Shown: positions 18,515-27,745 of the stretch, piece after piece
Layout of the letters: the number at the start of each line of letters is the position of its first letter
How positions within the stretch are numbered: position 1 is the first letter of the stretch
NCBI GenBank assembly: GCA_023246755.1
Contig: JAHFHU010000002.1
Coordinates: forward strand, 3,702 to 67,701
DNA: 64,000 nt
Direction: 5' to 3'
Source of the DNA: Candidatus Magasanikiibacteriota bacterium
GTDB taxonomy: Bacteria > Patescibacteriota > Patescibacteriia > Magasanikbacterales > 2-02-FULL-50-9b
Made by a program: the position numbers and the translations under genes
The notes under the pieces: generated by a model
What the model saw: only the letters and a program-made list of their open reading frames with translations
Databases searched by the model: none
Told to the model about the DNA's origin: nothing

Positions 18515-19096
18515 ATGACACAGATTTTGTTTGAACAGCGCAAAAAGGAGTTGGTCAAATATTATCGCCGATTTCATCGACTTCCCTCGTATGATGAATT
18601 GGCTGATTTATATGGTGTAGAATCAAAAGGTTCGCTGCATAAATATGTAGAAAAATTCGTCGAGGAGGGATTGGTTTGCAAAACTGATGGCGGCCGATTG
18701 ATTCCTACAACTAAATTATACGGCTTGCGCGTTTTGGGAACGGTGCAGGCTGGTTTTCCGACCGCAGCCGAAGAAGAGCTGGTGGATACGTTAAGTTTGG
18801 ATCAGTTTCTGATCAAACATCCTGAGGCTTCTTATATGTTGACGGTTTCGGGCGACTCCATGATTGAGGCCGGCATCATGCCGGGTGACATGGTGATTGT
18901 TGAGCGCGGACGCGCGCCGAAGCCGGGAGAAATTGTTGTTGCCGAAGTTGACCATGATTGGACCATGAAATATTATTTGCGTCGTGGAGACGAGGTCATT
19001 TTGCGACCCGCAAATAAAAAATATCCGGACATTCGCCCGCGGCAAGAATTAAATGTTGCGGGTGTGGTGACAAGCGTGATCCGTAAATACAAGTGA
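18515..19096 (+). CDS. lexA: LexA/UmuD-like S24 autopeptidase with N-terminal HTH
   Basis: PSYDELA HTH, VQAG-FP cleavage site, VSGDSM Ser, TMK Lys. Confidence 0.85.
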   Translation: MTQILFEQRKKELVKYYRRFHRLPSYDELADLYGVESKGSLHKYVEKFVEEGLVCKTDGGRLIPTTKLYGLRVLGTVQAGFPTAAEEELVDTLSLDQFLIKHPEASYMLTVSGDSMIEAGIMPGDMVIVERGRAPKPGEIVVAEVDHDWTMKYYLRRGDEVILRPANKKYPDIRPRQELNVAGVVTSVIRKYK

Positions 19097-19097
19097 T

Positions 19098-20405
19098 ATG
19101 TCGATCGGTTTATGGGAAACTTCCGCTCATCTTCGGTCATTCCCCCGCGCCATCGCGCACGTTGATGGCGACGCATTTTTTGCGAGTTGTGAAACAGCGC
19201 TACATCCCGAGTTGCGTGGGCGCGTTGTCATAACCGGAAAAGAGCGCGGCATTGTTTCTTCGTTATCATATGAAGCAAAGGCACGTGGCGTTCGACGCGG
19301 CATGGTTTTGCATGAGGTCCGCAAAATTTGTCCGGATGCGGTTATTTTATCGAGCGATTACGAAACCTATTCCCTATTTTCCAAACGCATGTTCGCCATC
19401 ATGCGCCGATTCACCTCGCAAGTTGAGGAATATGGAATTGATGAGGGATTTGCGGATCTGACCGGCATGCAAGGGCCGCTTCATATGTCATACGAAGATA
19501 TTGCGCGTACAATGAAAAGGACAATCGATACGGAGCTGGGTTTTACTGTCTCTGTTGGTTTGGCGCCAACAAAATCACTTGCAAAAATTGCGTCCAAGTG
19601 GCAAAAGCCAAATGGATTTACGAGCGTGCCGGGGCGTGCAATTAAAGACTATTTAGGTGCGCTTGATGTAAGCAAAATTTGGGGAGTTGGCCCGAATACC
19701 GCAAAATACATGTACTCACTCGGAATACATACGGCGCATGATTTTATTTCTAAACCGTTTGAGTATGTTGCGGCGAAATTTAATAAACCACATCAAGAAA
19801 TGTGGCATGAATTAAATGGCAAGTCTGTGTGGCCGATCGTCGCGGAAGAAAAAACAACGTACGCATCAATTTCAAAAACAAAAACTTTCACGCCGCCATC
19901 GAACGATCCAGAATATGTGGTAGCGCAACTCACGCGTAACCTAGAAAACGCGTGCATCAAAGCGCGTCGCCACGGACTCGTCGCGCGCAAACTTGTGGTG
20001 TATTTGCGTACCCAACAATTCGAACACGCTGTCATGGAAGCAAAGATCACGCGCGCATCAAATTTCCCCCACGATTTATTGCCGCACATGCGCACATTGT
20101 GCGCGAAAATTTTTAAACGTGGCACACACTATCGCGCGACCGGAATCGTGCTCGCGGATCTGCAATCAGACACAGCAATCCAATCGTCTTTGTTCGAACC
20201 AGCAATTCAGATGGAAAAATTTCAACGCGTGTATGCGGCGGTTGACGCGCTCGACGAACAATTTGGAAAACACACCGTTCATTTGGGTGGATCCCAAAAA
20301 ACTTTCACACACACGCAACACGCGAGCGATCGCACGAAAAATTTATTTGTCGGAGAAAATGCAGGCCAGCATTTGAATATTCCGAAACTGGTGGTTGTTG
20401 TATAA
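19098..20405 (+). CDS. Y-family DNA polymerase (DinB/UmuC)
   Basis: HVDGDAFFAS, SYEAK, GIDEGF, C-terminal QSSLF clamp-binding motif. Confidence 0.92.
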   Translation: MSIGLWETSAHLRSFPRAIAHVDGDAFFASCETALHPELRGRVVITGKERGIVSSLSYEAKARGVRRGMVLHEVRKICPDAVILSSDYETYSLFSKRMFAIMRRFTSQVEEYGIDEGFADLTGMQGPLHMSYEDIARTMKRTIDTELGFTVSVGLAPTKSLAKIASKWQKPNGFTSVPGRAIKDYLGALDVSKIWGVGPNTAKYMYSLGIHTAHDFISKPFEYVAAKFNKPHQEMWHELNGKSVWPIVAEEKTTYASISKTKTFTPPSNDPEYVVAQLTRNLENACIKARRHGLVARKLVVYLRTQQFEHAVMEAKITRASNFPHDLLPHMRTLCAKIFKRGTHYRATGIVLADLQSDTAIQSSLFEPAIQMEKFQRVYAAVDALDEQFGKHTVHLGGSQKTFTHTQHASDRTKNLFVGENAGQHLNIPKLVVVV

Positions 20406-20457
20406 AAAATAAGCCCTACTCACATCGCGGTTGCAATGCTTTCGGGCTTGTTTATGT

Positions 20458-21321
20458 TTATTTTTTGCGTAATTCAAACAGGAGCATCGGCCAGTTCAAT
20501 GAAATGCAACCATCCTCAGCAATGTGGAATCCGAGAATTGATCCAAGATCGCTAATGATTTCAGCTTCCGTTAAATTATATGCATGCAGTGCCTTCATGA
20601 ACAGCGCCATTTCATTAAGCCCACTAAAGTTCCATACGATCGGAACGATTTCAGCGCGTACAAATTCCATGTCCGTGTCTTTGAGAAGTTCGCCGTGCAG
20701 ACGTTCCGGACTCAACCACTTTTCGTCATGACCCGTGAGACAGTGTTTCTTAACCGACTTTTCAAAGTGGAGCGCGAGCGCTGTACCAGCACCCACGTCA
20801 CCCGCAATGAAACGTCCACCACTTTTGAGCAGTTGGCTCACATTCTTAAACATCTCGTGCTGACGGTCCACACCATTTTTATCAGTCACATGGTGGATGC
20901 CGCCATAGCTCGTAACGTAATCAACAGTCCCTACAATTTCCTTGCAGTACCTGTACGTTGCTGCTTTAGAGAGATCTCCATGAACGGTAACAACGCGATT
21001 TTCCGGGCAACGACGCTTCAGCGCACCAAGCTGAATCTCACTCGGATCAATCGCGTAAACACGCGATTGAGACCACTCTGCCAAATGATGAGTCAAGAAT
21101 CCGGTCCCCGCCGCGATATCGATGCCGATTTCATTTTTAGACACACGTAACCATTCGCGCATGTATTCGATGTCCTGATCACGAGCTTTGGGTGCAAGAT
21201 CAAGCGCAAGCCGATACAGCTCGCCACGAATGTTAAAATCTTCTGAATCCTCGATCTTACTAGTCTTTGTGAGTTCAAGAATACGGACGATTTCGTGGTT
21301 GATTTGATCTTTTATGTTCAT
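20458..21321 (-). CDS. class I SAM-dependent methyltransferase
   Basis: IDIAAGTG, IDPS, GGIHH, LKSGGRF; GAGG SD before ATG 21321. Confidence 0.85.
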   Translation of the reverse strand: MNIKDQINHEIVRILELTKTSKIEDSEDFNIRGELYRLALDLAPKARDQDIEYMREWLRVSKNEIGIDIAAGTGFLTHHLAEWSQSRVYAIDPSEIQLGALKRRCPENRVVTVHGDLSKAATYRYCKEIVGTVDYVTSYGGIHHVTDKNGVDRQHEMFKNVSQLLKSGGRFIAGDVGAGTALALHFEKSVKKHCLTGHDEKWLSPERLHGELLKDTDMEFVRAEIVPIVWNFSGLNEMALFMKALHAYNLTEAEIISDLGSILGFHIAEDGCISLNWPMLLFELRKK

Positions 21322-21423
21322 AATAACCTCTATGAAAGTTCGATTGCTGATTTTGCTTTGGTAAAGAGCTGTGTTCTCGTCACTCTCGATCATCACCTTT
21401 CGGGTTTCTCACTGTGACTAAGC

Positions 21424-21499
21424 ACAATAACACGAAAATACTAATTTGTCAATAGTATTTGGCTAATATATTGACAAAAATCAGTAATGCGTATATAAT
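21424..21499. promoter_or_regulatory. back-to-back divergent sigma70 promoters with overlapping inverted repeats
   Basis: + TTGACA(21471)-17-TATAAT; - TTGACA(21452)-17-TATTGT; IRs TTTGTCAATA/TATTGACAAA and AAATACTA/TAGTATTT. Confidence 0.75.
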
Positions 21500-21528
21500 T
21501 TATGTACGTTTAAATTTCAACAAACGCT

Positions 21529-22341
21529 ATGCTAAGCCAAAAAGAATTGCAAGAAATCTTATACGAATCCCTCGTGGAACTTGGACTTACTGAAAACGAA
21601 CGGGGTTTATACACACTCTCGCTGTCACTCGGTCCCGCAACTCTGACAAAGCTCGCTGAAATCATGGGGATGCCACGACCGAATGTGTACAAGGTAATCG
21701 AAGGACTCGAATCAAAAGGCTTGGCAAAATTTAGCGAACGCAAAAAATTTGCGCGCACATTTATAGTCGAAGCACCAACAACTATCACTGAACTTCTTCG
21801 CCACAAACACGAAAAAATTACGCGGTTTTGCACGCGTGTGACGCACGCGATGCCGGACTTGCTCGCAATGTATTCGCAAGGTGAATTACCAACAACTATC
21901 AAAGTGCTTCAAGGAACCGACGCATATCTTAATGTGTTTTATCAAATTCTTGATGAAGAAAAAACGTGCATTGATTTTTGTGGATCAGTTCAAGATTATT
22001 TGGAATTTTTGCCACAAGCCGACCAAGAACGTTGGACAAAAAAACGTGTTGCGCGTGGAACGCGTGTACGCGTGCTTTCGCTCCCGAGCCAAGAAACCGA
22101 ACGAATTGCATCTGTAGCACAACAGCAACTTCGCGAAATTAAATATTTGCCACCTGACAAAAAATTTGAAACTGCTTTTCAATTATTTGGAAATAAAGTC
22201 GTCGTGTGGCAACCGCGTGCTCCGCTCGCACTGCTTATTGAAGATCAATACATTGTAAAAATGCTGCGCATGCTGTTTGAAACAATGTGGGAACATGCCG
22301 AAAAAAATAAAACGGTACAGACGCAGAGAGCGACGCCGTGA
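21529..22341 (+). CDS. TrmB-family transcriptional regulator
   Basis: LGLTENE..Y..L.LGP..LA....PRPNVY..L..KGL HTH. Confidence 0.85.
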   Translation: MLSQKELQEILYESLVELGLTENERGLYTLSLSLGPATLTKLAEIMGMPRPNVYKVIEGLESKGLAKFSERKKFARTFIVEAPTTITELLRHKHEKITRFCTRVTHAMPDLLAMYSQGELPTTIKVLQGTDAYLNVFYQILDEEKTCIDFCGSVQDYLEFLPQADQERWTKKRVARGTRVRVLSLPSQETERIASVAQQQLREIKYLPPDKKFETAFQLFGNKVVVWQPRAPLALLIEDQYIVKMLRMLFETMWEHAEKNKTVQTQRATP

Positions 22342-22363
22342 ATTTTTCCATGATATATACCTC

Positions 22364-23116
22364 CTAGATCTTTTTTCGTTTGTTGTACCGCATTCTTGGC
22401 CCGATAAATTTTCCCCACGTTCGCACACGTCGCCACAGTGGCGCGTACACATCTTCGCGCGGATCAATGTACAATTCTTTTTTGTCGACCTCCTCCACCC
22501 ATTCGACCGGTGCGTTTTTGATAATTGCCAGCGGCTGCGATTCGTTGCCTTCGCCCATCACGAGCACTGCCGCAGTTGCGAGACTGTCTGCAACATCGGT
22601 GCGCGAGTATGACATCACGCGTCCGTTCAAGTCCTGTGTACCGCGATATTCGCGAATGCCGCTGATCCCCGCATATCCCAACGCAATCCCGACAACGCCC
22701 GCACGCAGCGGAAGCAACCGACTGTCGGTTATGATCACGCCAAGTTTCTTGACGCCGTAGTGCGCGCAAAGCGCCGCGCGAATTTTTTCCGCTGACGCAT
22801 AACTGTCGCGCGGCAACAACACCAACCCACCGTGCGCATTCGACTCATCAACTCCGGCCGACCCAAGAATTGTGCCGTCTTTAATCGTGAGCCAGCAATA
22901 TTTTGTTTTCATCTGCCAATCGGATTCTTCGCGCACGAGTTCTGCTTTACGGCGCGCACTTGCGCTCGGCACCCACCGACCTTCGGCATACGCAACAATT
23001 TTTGACGTAACAACAACGATAATTTTTTCCTGCAATTTCGGAATGTGCATGATGATGTGCTTCATAAGATCGTCGCCGACCCGTACGACTGATGTCTTGA
23101 TAGGATTTACAATCAT
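22364..23116 (-). CDS. CofE-like gamma-glutamyl ligase
   Basis: VVTSKIV, AGVDESN, LLP.D, GVIITDS, LRAG..G.ALG, DLNGR, AAVLVMGEGNE. Confidence 0.85.
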   Translation of the reverse strand: MIVNPIKTSVVRVGDDLMKHIIMHIPKLQEKIIVVVTSKIVAYAEGRWVPSASARRKAELVREESDWQMKTKYCWLTIKDGTILGSAGVDESNAHGGLVLLPRDSYASAEKIRAALCAHYGVKKLGVIITDSRLLPLRAGVVGIALGYAGISGIREYRGTQDLNGRVMSYSRTDVADSLATAAVLVMGEGNESQPLAIIKNAPVEWVEEVDKKELYIDPREDVYAPLWRRVRTWGKFIGPRMRYNKRKKI

Positions 23117-23136
23117 AATTTGTGATTTGAGGAATT

Positions 23137-23160
23137 AAAAAAGCCGCCCGAAAGGCGGCC
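23137..23160 (-). terminator. terminator/attenuator 20 nt upstream of the CofE-like ATG
   Basis: GGCCGCC-TTTCG-GGCGGCT followed by T tract on the minus strand. Confidence 0.75.
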
Positions 23161-23276
23161 GCTGCGCGAAACGTCGGCGCAACAACAATCACCTCTCGTT
23201 TAAATGTGGAGGTTGTGTACAAAGCCTGACCATGTTTGAAAATTTTTCCTGATCAACATAATAAAGGTGGTTGTGC

Positions 23277-23513
23277 TCACACGCGCGCAGCGTTGGCTAG
23301 AAATTTTGCACGATGTTTTTTCAAAAAATTAAAGTGGTCACTAGCGTTAAGCAAAATTGCGTATGCGGGAATTCGCCACAACGAAACTTGCACAATTAAA
23401 TCACCAAACTCAACAGCATCATCGTATTTCAACGAATTAATCTTCCACGAAAGCACGTCGCCTTCGGGATCGTATTTAATGTGTCGCGTAAAAATGATTT
23501 GTTTATCGTTCAT
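23277..23513 (-). CDS. DUF2283-like putative antitoxin
   Basis: IKYDPEGDVLSW motif; overlaps the upstream DUF4258-like gene. Confidence 0.6.
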   Translation of the reverse strand: MNDKQIIFTRHIKYDPEGDVLSWKINSLKYDDAVEFGDLIVQVSLWRIPAYAILLNASDHFNFLKKHRAKFLANAARV

Positions 23514-23760
23514 ATTGTTTGCGTCTTCCCACGTATGTGGTAATTACCAAAATGTAGTTAAACTCACACCTGTATACTACCCGAAGCACATGAAATTCGT
23601 CAATTGGTCGTTGCGCGATAATTTGTGGGTGCCGCGAGGCGGTATCAACTCGTTCGGGTGACTCCAGCACTTTTTGTATCAAAACTTGGGTAACACAAAA
23701 GCCCAGTAGATTTGTTTCTTGAATACTTTCTTGTGCATGTGTGGTGTACCGAATAATCAT
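23503..23760 (-). CDS. DUF4258-like putative RNase toxin
   Basis: YTTHA..V.ESP..LRVVY..LVITTY pattern. Confidence 0.65.
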   Translation of the reverse strand: MIIRYTTHAQESIQETNLLGFCVTQVLIQKVLESPERVDTASRHPQIIAQRPIDEFHVLRVVYRCEFNYILVITTYVGRRKQYER

Positions 23761-23864
23761 CTACCACTGGGTTCCACAAACAAAAAATTTTGTCAAGCTC
23801 AGTGTGGTGGAAAACCTGTGCATAATTGACGCCACCACACAAAACAACTACACTAAAAAAATCT

Positions 23865-24470
23865 ATGGATAAAATTCAAAAAAATAATCGCAACTTTTAC
23901 GACTCACACGCCCAAAAATGGAGCGCGAACAAAACGTCCTCATTTTTTGAAGAAAAAGAATTCACCATTTTTGCAAAATATTTCTCTACGGGCGACACTA
24001 TCATTGACATTGGATGCGGACACGGCCGCTCTATTCCATTATTTCTTGGTATCGGACATAAACTTCGATATTTTGGTATCGACATTAGTAAAAAAATAAT
24101 GAGAATTGCAGCGCGTCGTTATCCGCAGCTAAAATTTCAATACACCGATCTAACAGATGCAAAAACATTGCCACGCAAAAAGTTTGATGGGTTTTGGGCT
24201 AACGCAAGTTTACAGCATATTCCGTTTGAACACTGGCCACTTGCGTGGAAAAATATTCGATCATTCAGTAAGCCGCGTGCTGTCGGCTACATTAAAATTC
24301 CCGAAGATCTTATGTCAGCGACAGATGAAGATCCGCGGCATTTCACAATACTGACTGATAAAAAGTTTCATGAATTCTGCAAGGCGAATAAAATTAATAT
24401 CCTAAAATCTGGTTTGAGTTCAACGGGTGAAAAAAAGCATGTGTGGCGGTGGTATATTATTCGGATGTGA
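23865..24470 (+). CDS. class I SAM-dependent methyltransferase
   Basis: IDIGCGHG, GIDIS, FDGFWANASLQH. Confidence 0.85.
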   Translation: MDKIQKNNRNFYDSHAQKWSANKTSSFFEEKEFTIFAKYFSTGDTIIDIGCGHGRSIPLFLGIGHKLRYFGIDISKKIMRIAARRYPQLKFQYTDLTDAKTLPRKKFDGFWANASLQHIPFEHWPLAWKNIRSFSKPRAVGYIKIPEDLMSATDEDPRHFTILTDKKFHEFCKANKINILKSGLSSTGEKKHVWRWYIIRM

Positions 24471-24721
24471 CAGATTTCCACGAACGCGTGCTCGCCGTAG
24501 TTGCTAAAATTCAGCGCGGCCGCACGATGACCTACAAAGAAGTTGCGGCTGCGGCCGGTTCGCCCCATGCAGCGCGCGCCGTTGGTTCGATTATGAAGTC
24601 AAATTATAACCCAAACATTCCGTGTCATCGCGTCGTGCGCAGCGACGGCACGGCGGGGAGATATAATCGCGGCGACGAAAATAAAATTAAAATTTTGAAG
24701 GAGGAAGGTGCGCTGAAATGA
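24467..24721 (+). CDS. MGMT/Ogt family DNA alkyltransferase (short form)
   Basis: TYKEVA, AARAVG, IPCHRVV active site; GTG overlaps the upstream stop. Confidence 0.88.
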   Translation: MTDFHERVLAVVAKIQRGRTMTYKEVAAAAGSPHAARAVGSIMKSNYNPNIPCHRVVRSDGTAGRYNRGDENKIKILKEEGALK

Positions 24722-24749
24722 GACAACAAAAAGCCAACTCCCTCAATTA

Positions 24750-26651
24750 TCACTTCACGAGCGGCAAAAATAGCGCGCTTGGAACTACAAATTTTCCAGT
24801 CACGCAATTATTTTCGTACGATTTTTCCGTGAAAACTTTTTGCTCATTCACGCACACTTTAATTGAATGTTCGCCTGCGGTAAAATTTGTCGGCACGTCA
24901 CCCGAAAGATTAAAGTTCACAACACCATCTTTCTTTTCACCACCCGAATCATGCGCGCGGAACAAACTAAGCTCATCCGACTCATCGAAATATCCGACTG
25001 CATCAAACTTAATATTAGGCACTGATGCGTCGCCAACATTTCTGAACTTCGCACTCACGCGCAAAAAATTTCCACCAGTAATCGTTGATTTCGTCAGTGT
25101 TGTGCTGATGCTAGACCACGCAATATCCGGCTGAGGCTCTGCGATGGGCTCCGGAATTTCGATTTCTGTTTCTGCACAATTATTTTCAAAATTTGTTTCT
25201 TTGATTATTTCGTTTGGATTCAAACAGACCTTAATGGTGTGTGTGCCCGGTTCTGTAAGCGCGGTATTCGGCACCACAAACACAACCGCTGATTGTTTGT
25301 CTGCAGTCAATAATTTAAATTTCGGAACAACAATCGTTTCTGCCTCATTTGCTCCGTCAAAATAAATTGCAACATCTGGATTTTGTTTTGCATCTCCCGC
25401 ACCGATATTTGCTGTTGTAAATTTAAATCCAAGCGCTGTCGGCTTCACCGTAACTTCAAAAAATGGAATTGAAAAATCAGGATCGGGCGCGCCCAGCACT
25501 TCAAACTCAACATCAACACAATTATTTTCAACATTGCCTTCATCAATAATTTTCTTGGACACACTTGATTGATTTGCACATACCGTTGCCTGATACATGC
25601 CTGCCTCAATTGCAGGTATCTCAAAATAATTTACTAGTTTTATTTTTTTACCCGCCACAAGCGCCATCGGTTTTTGTGTTACAAACGTTAAATTCTTTCC
25701 TAAACTTTCGATAAAAATATTTGATGCGGGAACTTTTGTAACATCCGCCGCTCCCTGATTTGCAAGTTCTGTTACGATTTTTATTGTGGTTTGCCCGCCA
25801 TTTGCAGAATTAACTGCTGTCACCACAGGATCAACCAAAACTAAATCAGGTTGTGGTGGCGGAGAAACGAACAACGACAGCTCAAGACAATTATTTTCAA
25901 TCGATGATTCGGCAACATAATTTTTGCCACCCCATGCATTGATACAAATTTTTGTAGGATACGATCCCGCATCAACGTGTGGAATTTTAAATGTGTAAAT
26001 TTGTGTAATTGAAGCGCCCGCAATCAAACCAAGAGAACCCTTTGGTTCAAAGAAAAAAACTTTCGGAAAAACATCAGACTCGACTCCGAGCTTTGGTAAT
26101 TGCACAACATCGGCTGGCCCATCGTTGCGAACTGTTACAACCAATTTAATTTCAGAATTTTTTCCGTAATTCATGTCACTTATTTTAAACATTGACGCGC
26201 TATCAACTGACAAATCCGCAAGTGGCGCTGGCGGAATTACAATTTCAGTTGAACTGCAATTGTTTGTGTAGTCCGATTCTTTAACAGATTTTTTCTCGTT
26301 CAAACAAACCTTAAGTGTGTAAGTTCCGGATTGATACACACCATTGATCGACTTACCGATTTGAATTGTGTCCCCCGCTTTGAGCGTTGCGTACATCGCG
26401 AGATTCAACCCAATTGGATAATTTTCCAGGTAAACCGTTGTGAGTCCGATTGATTTTGCAGCTGCACTTCCATTATTAGCGAGCTTAACTTTCACCGAAA
26501 TATTTTGGACACCCGCAGTCCACGGTGTTACATTTGCCTGAACCTCGCTGATTGAAAGGTCGGGCGACTTTCCGGCGGCATGTGCGGCAGTTGCTGGAAA
26601 CAATACTGCAAAAACGATGACGAATAAAAATGTATAGCGCATAAAATTCAT
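24750..26651 (-). CDS. secreted protein with five CARDB-like Ig repeats
   Basis: Signal peptide; repeated PDL..N.G..C.N..E..NNC units. Confidence 0.8.
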   Translation of the reverse strand: MNFMRYTFLFVIVFAVLFPATAAHAAGKSPDLSISEVQANVTPWTAGVQNISVKVKLANNGSAAAKSIGLTTVYLENYPIGLNLAMYATLKAGDTIQIGKSINGVYQSGTYTLKVCLNEKKSVKESDYTNNCSSTEIVIPPAPLADLSVDSASMFKISDMNYGKNSEIKLVVTVRNDGPADVVQLPKLGVESDVFPKVFFFEPKGSLGLIAGASITQIYTFKIPHVDAGSYPTKICINAWGGKNYVAESSIENNCLELSLFVSPPPQPDLVLVDPVVTAVNSANGGQTTIKIVTELANQGAADVTKVPASNIFIESLGKNLTFVTQKPMALVAGKKIKLVNYFEIPAIEAGMYQATVCANQSSVSKKIIDEGNVENNCVDVEFEVLGAPDPDFSIPFFEVTVKPTALGFKFTTANIGAGDAKQNPDVAIYFDGANEAETIVVPKFKLLTADKQSAVVFVVPNTALTEPGTHTIKVCLNPNEIIKETNFENNCAETEIEIPEPIAEPQPDIAWSSISTTLTKSTITGGNFLRVSAKFRNVGDASVPNIKFDAVGYFDESDELSLFRAHDSGGEKKDGVVNFNLSGDVPTNFTAGEHSIKVCVNEQKVFTEKSYENNCVTGKFVVPSALFLPLVK

Positions 26652-26671
26652 TTTATATAGTGTAGCACAAT

Positions 26672-27745
26672 TTAAATAAAGCATTTTTCCCATCCACGCA
26701 AATAGTCAGTCAAATACGCGGATTTACTTGGTAGTTGCGGTAAAATTTCCTGCACACAAACCCCACCCATCAAAATCCGTTCAACCGCAACGCAAAGCGC
26801 CGCGCCATCACCGACTGGAATAATCAAGCCGTTTTCACCATCACGAACAATCTCAGGGGCAACACCAACATCCGTAGTTATAATTGGAGTGCCGGCCGCA
26901 GCCGCCTCAACGATGGTGCGGCCATAACCTTCGTAGAGCGAGGTGTTGAGAAAAATGTCCGCGCCTTTGATATGTGGCACGACATCCGGCATCCAGCCAA
27001 GTGTACGCACAAACGAAAATTTTTCAAGCATTGTGCGCTCTGGCCCATCGCCCAAAATAATAATACCGACATCGGTGTGGTTTTTAATAATCGGTGCAAG
27101 CACGTTACACGCCCACGCAATTTGCTTTTCGTGTGTCAACCGCGATGCCATCAGAATAATTTTTTTGAATTGCGGAAAACGCGAATGAAGATCGATTGCA
27201 TCCGTCGTGACAATCGCTGCAACATCAACAAATATTGGAAGCACAGAAATTTTTTCCGTGGGCACACGTGTTACAATTGTTTTTTTGATTCGCTCACTCA
27301 CGACACGAACGCCATCTGCATATTTTAAAATTCGCCGCGCAATAAAATTTCGAATTCGATTTTTTATCGATTCATTGATGAAAAATTTATTTTCAAAATC
27401 CGTATGAATTTGCAATTGTAATTTGGTACCAAACTTTTTTTTCAAAAAAACGCCGATCAGCCCCAACTCAAATGGATCCTGACAACTGATAAGCATTTCT
27501 GTGCCACGTGCGGCGATGGTGCGGGCCACAATTTTGTATGCATCAAATACACGCTGCAATTTTTTTTCTGAATTTGTTGGATAGACATGAAGGTTTGTAT
27601 CATGAATTTCGATGCCGGATTTTTTCCCGCACAAAATCACGATGTGCAATTCTGCAACAAGCCCTGCATATTCACGCATCCGGATGTATGCCGCTGACCC
27701 AATTTCCAGTATATTCGTGTCTGTACTCAACATCAGAACCTTCAT
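26672..27745 (-). CDS. GT4 glycosyltransferase
   Basis: SRLTHEK, SLYEGYGRTIVEAAAAGTPIITTDVG. Confidence 0.9.
   Translation of the reverse strand: MKVLMLSTDTNILEIGSAAYIRMREYAGLVAELHIVILCGKKSGIEIHDTNLHVYPTNSEKKLQRVFDAYKIVARTIAARGTEMLISCQDPFELGLIGVFLKKKFGTKLQLQIHTDFENKFFINESIKNRIRNFIARRILKYADGVRVVSERIKKTIVTRVPTEKISVLPIFVDVAAIVTTDAIDLHSRFPQFKKIILMASRLTHEKQIAWACNVLAPIIKNHTDVGIIILGDGPERTMLEKFSFVRTLGWMPDVVPHIKGADIFLNTSLYEGYGRTIVEAAAAGTPIITTDVGVAPEIVRDGENGLIIPVGDGAALCVAVERILMGGVCVQEILPQLPSKSAYLTDYLRGWEKCFI

Noticed and set aside
21360-21420. c-di-GMP-I riboswitch-like AAACC-CGAAA-GG
   Set aside because: Lacks the GGCAAA and GACGCAAA conserved elements and a second stem.
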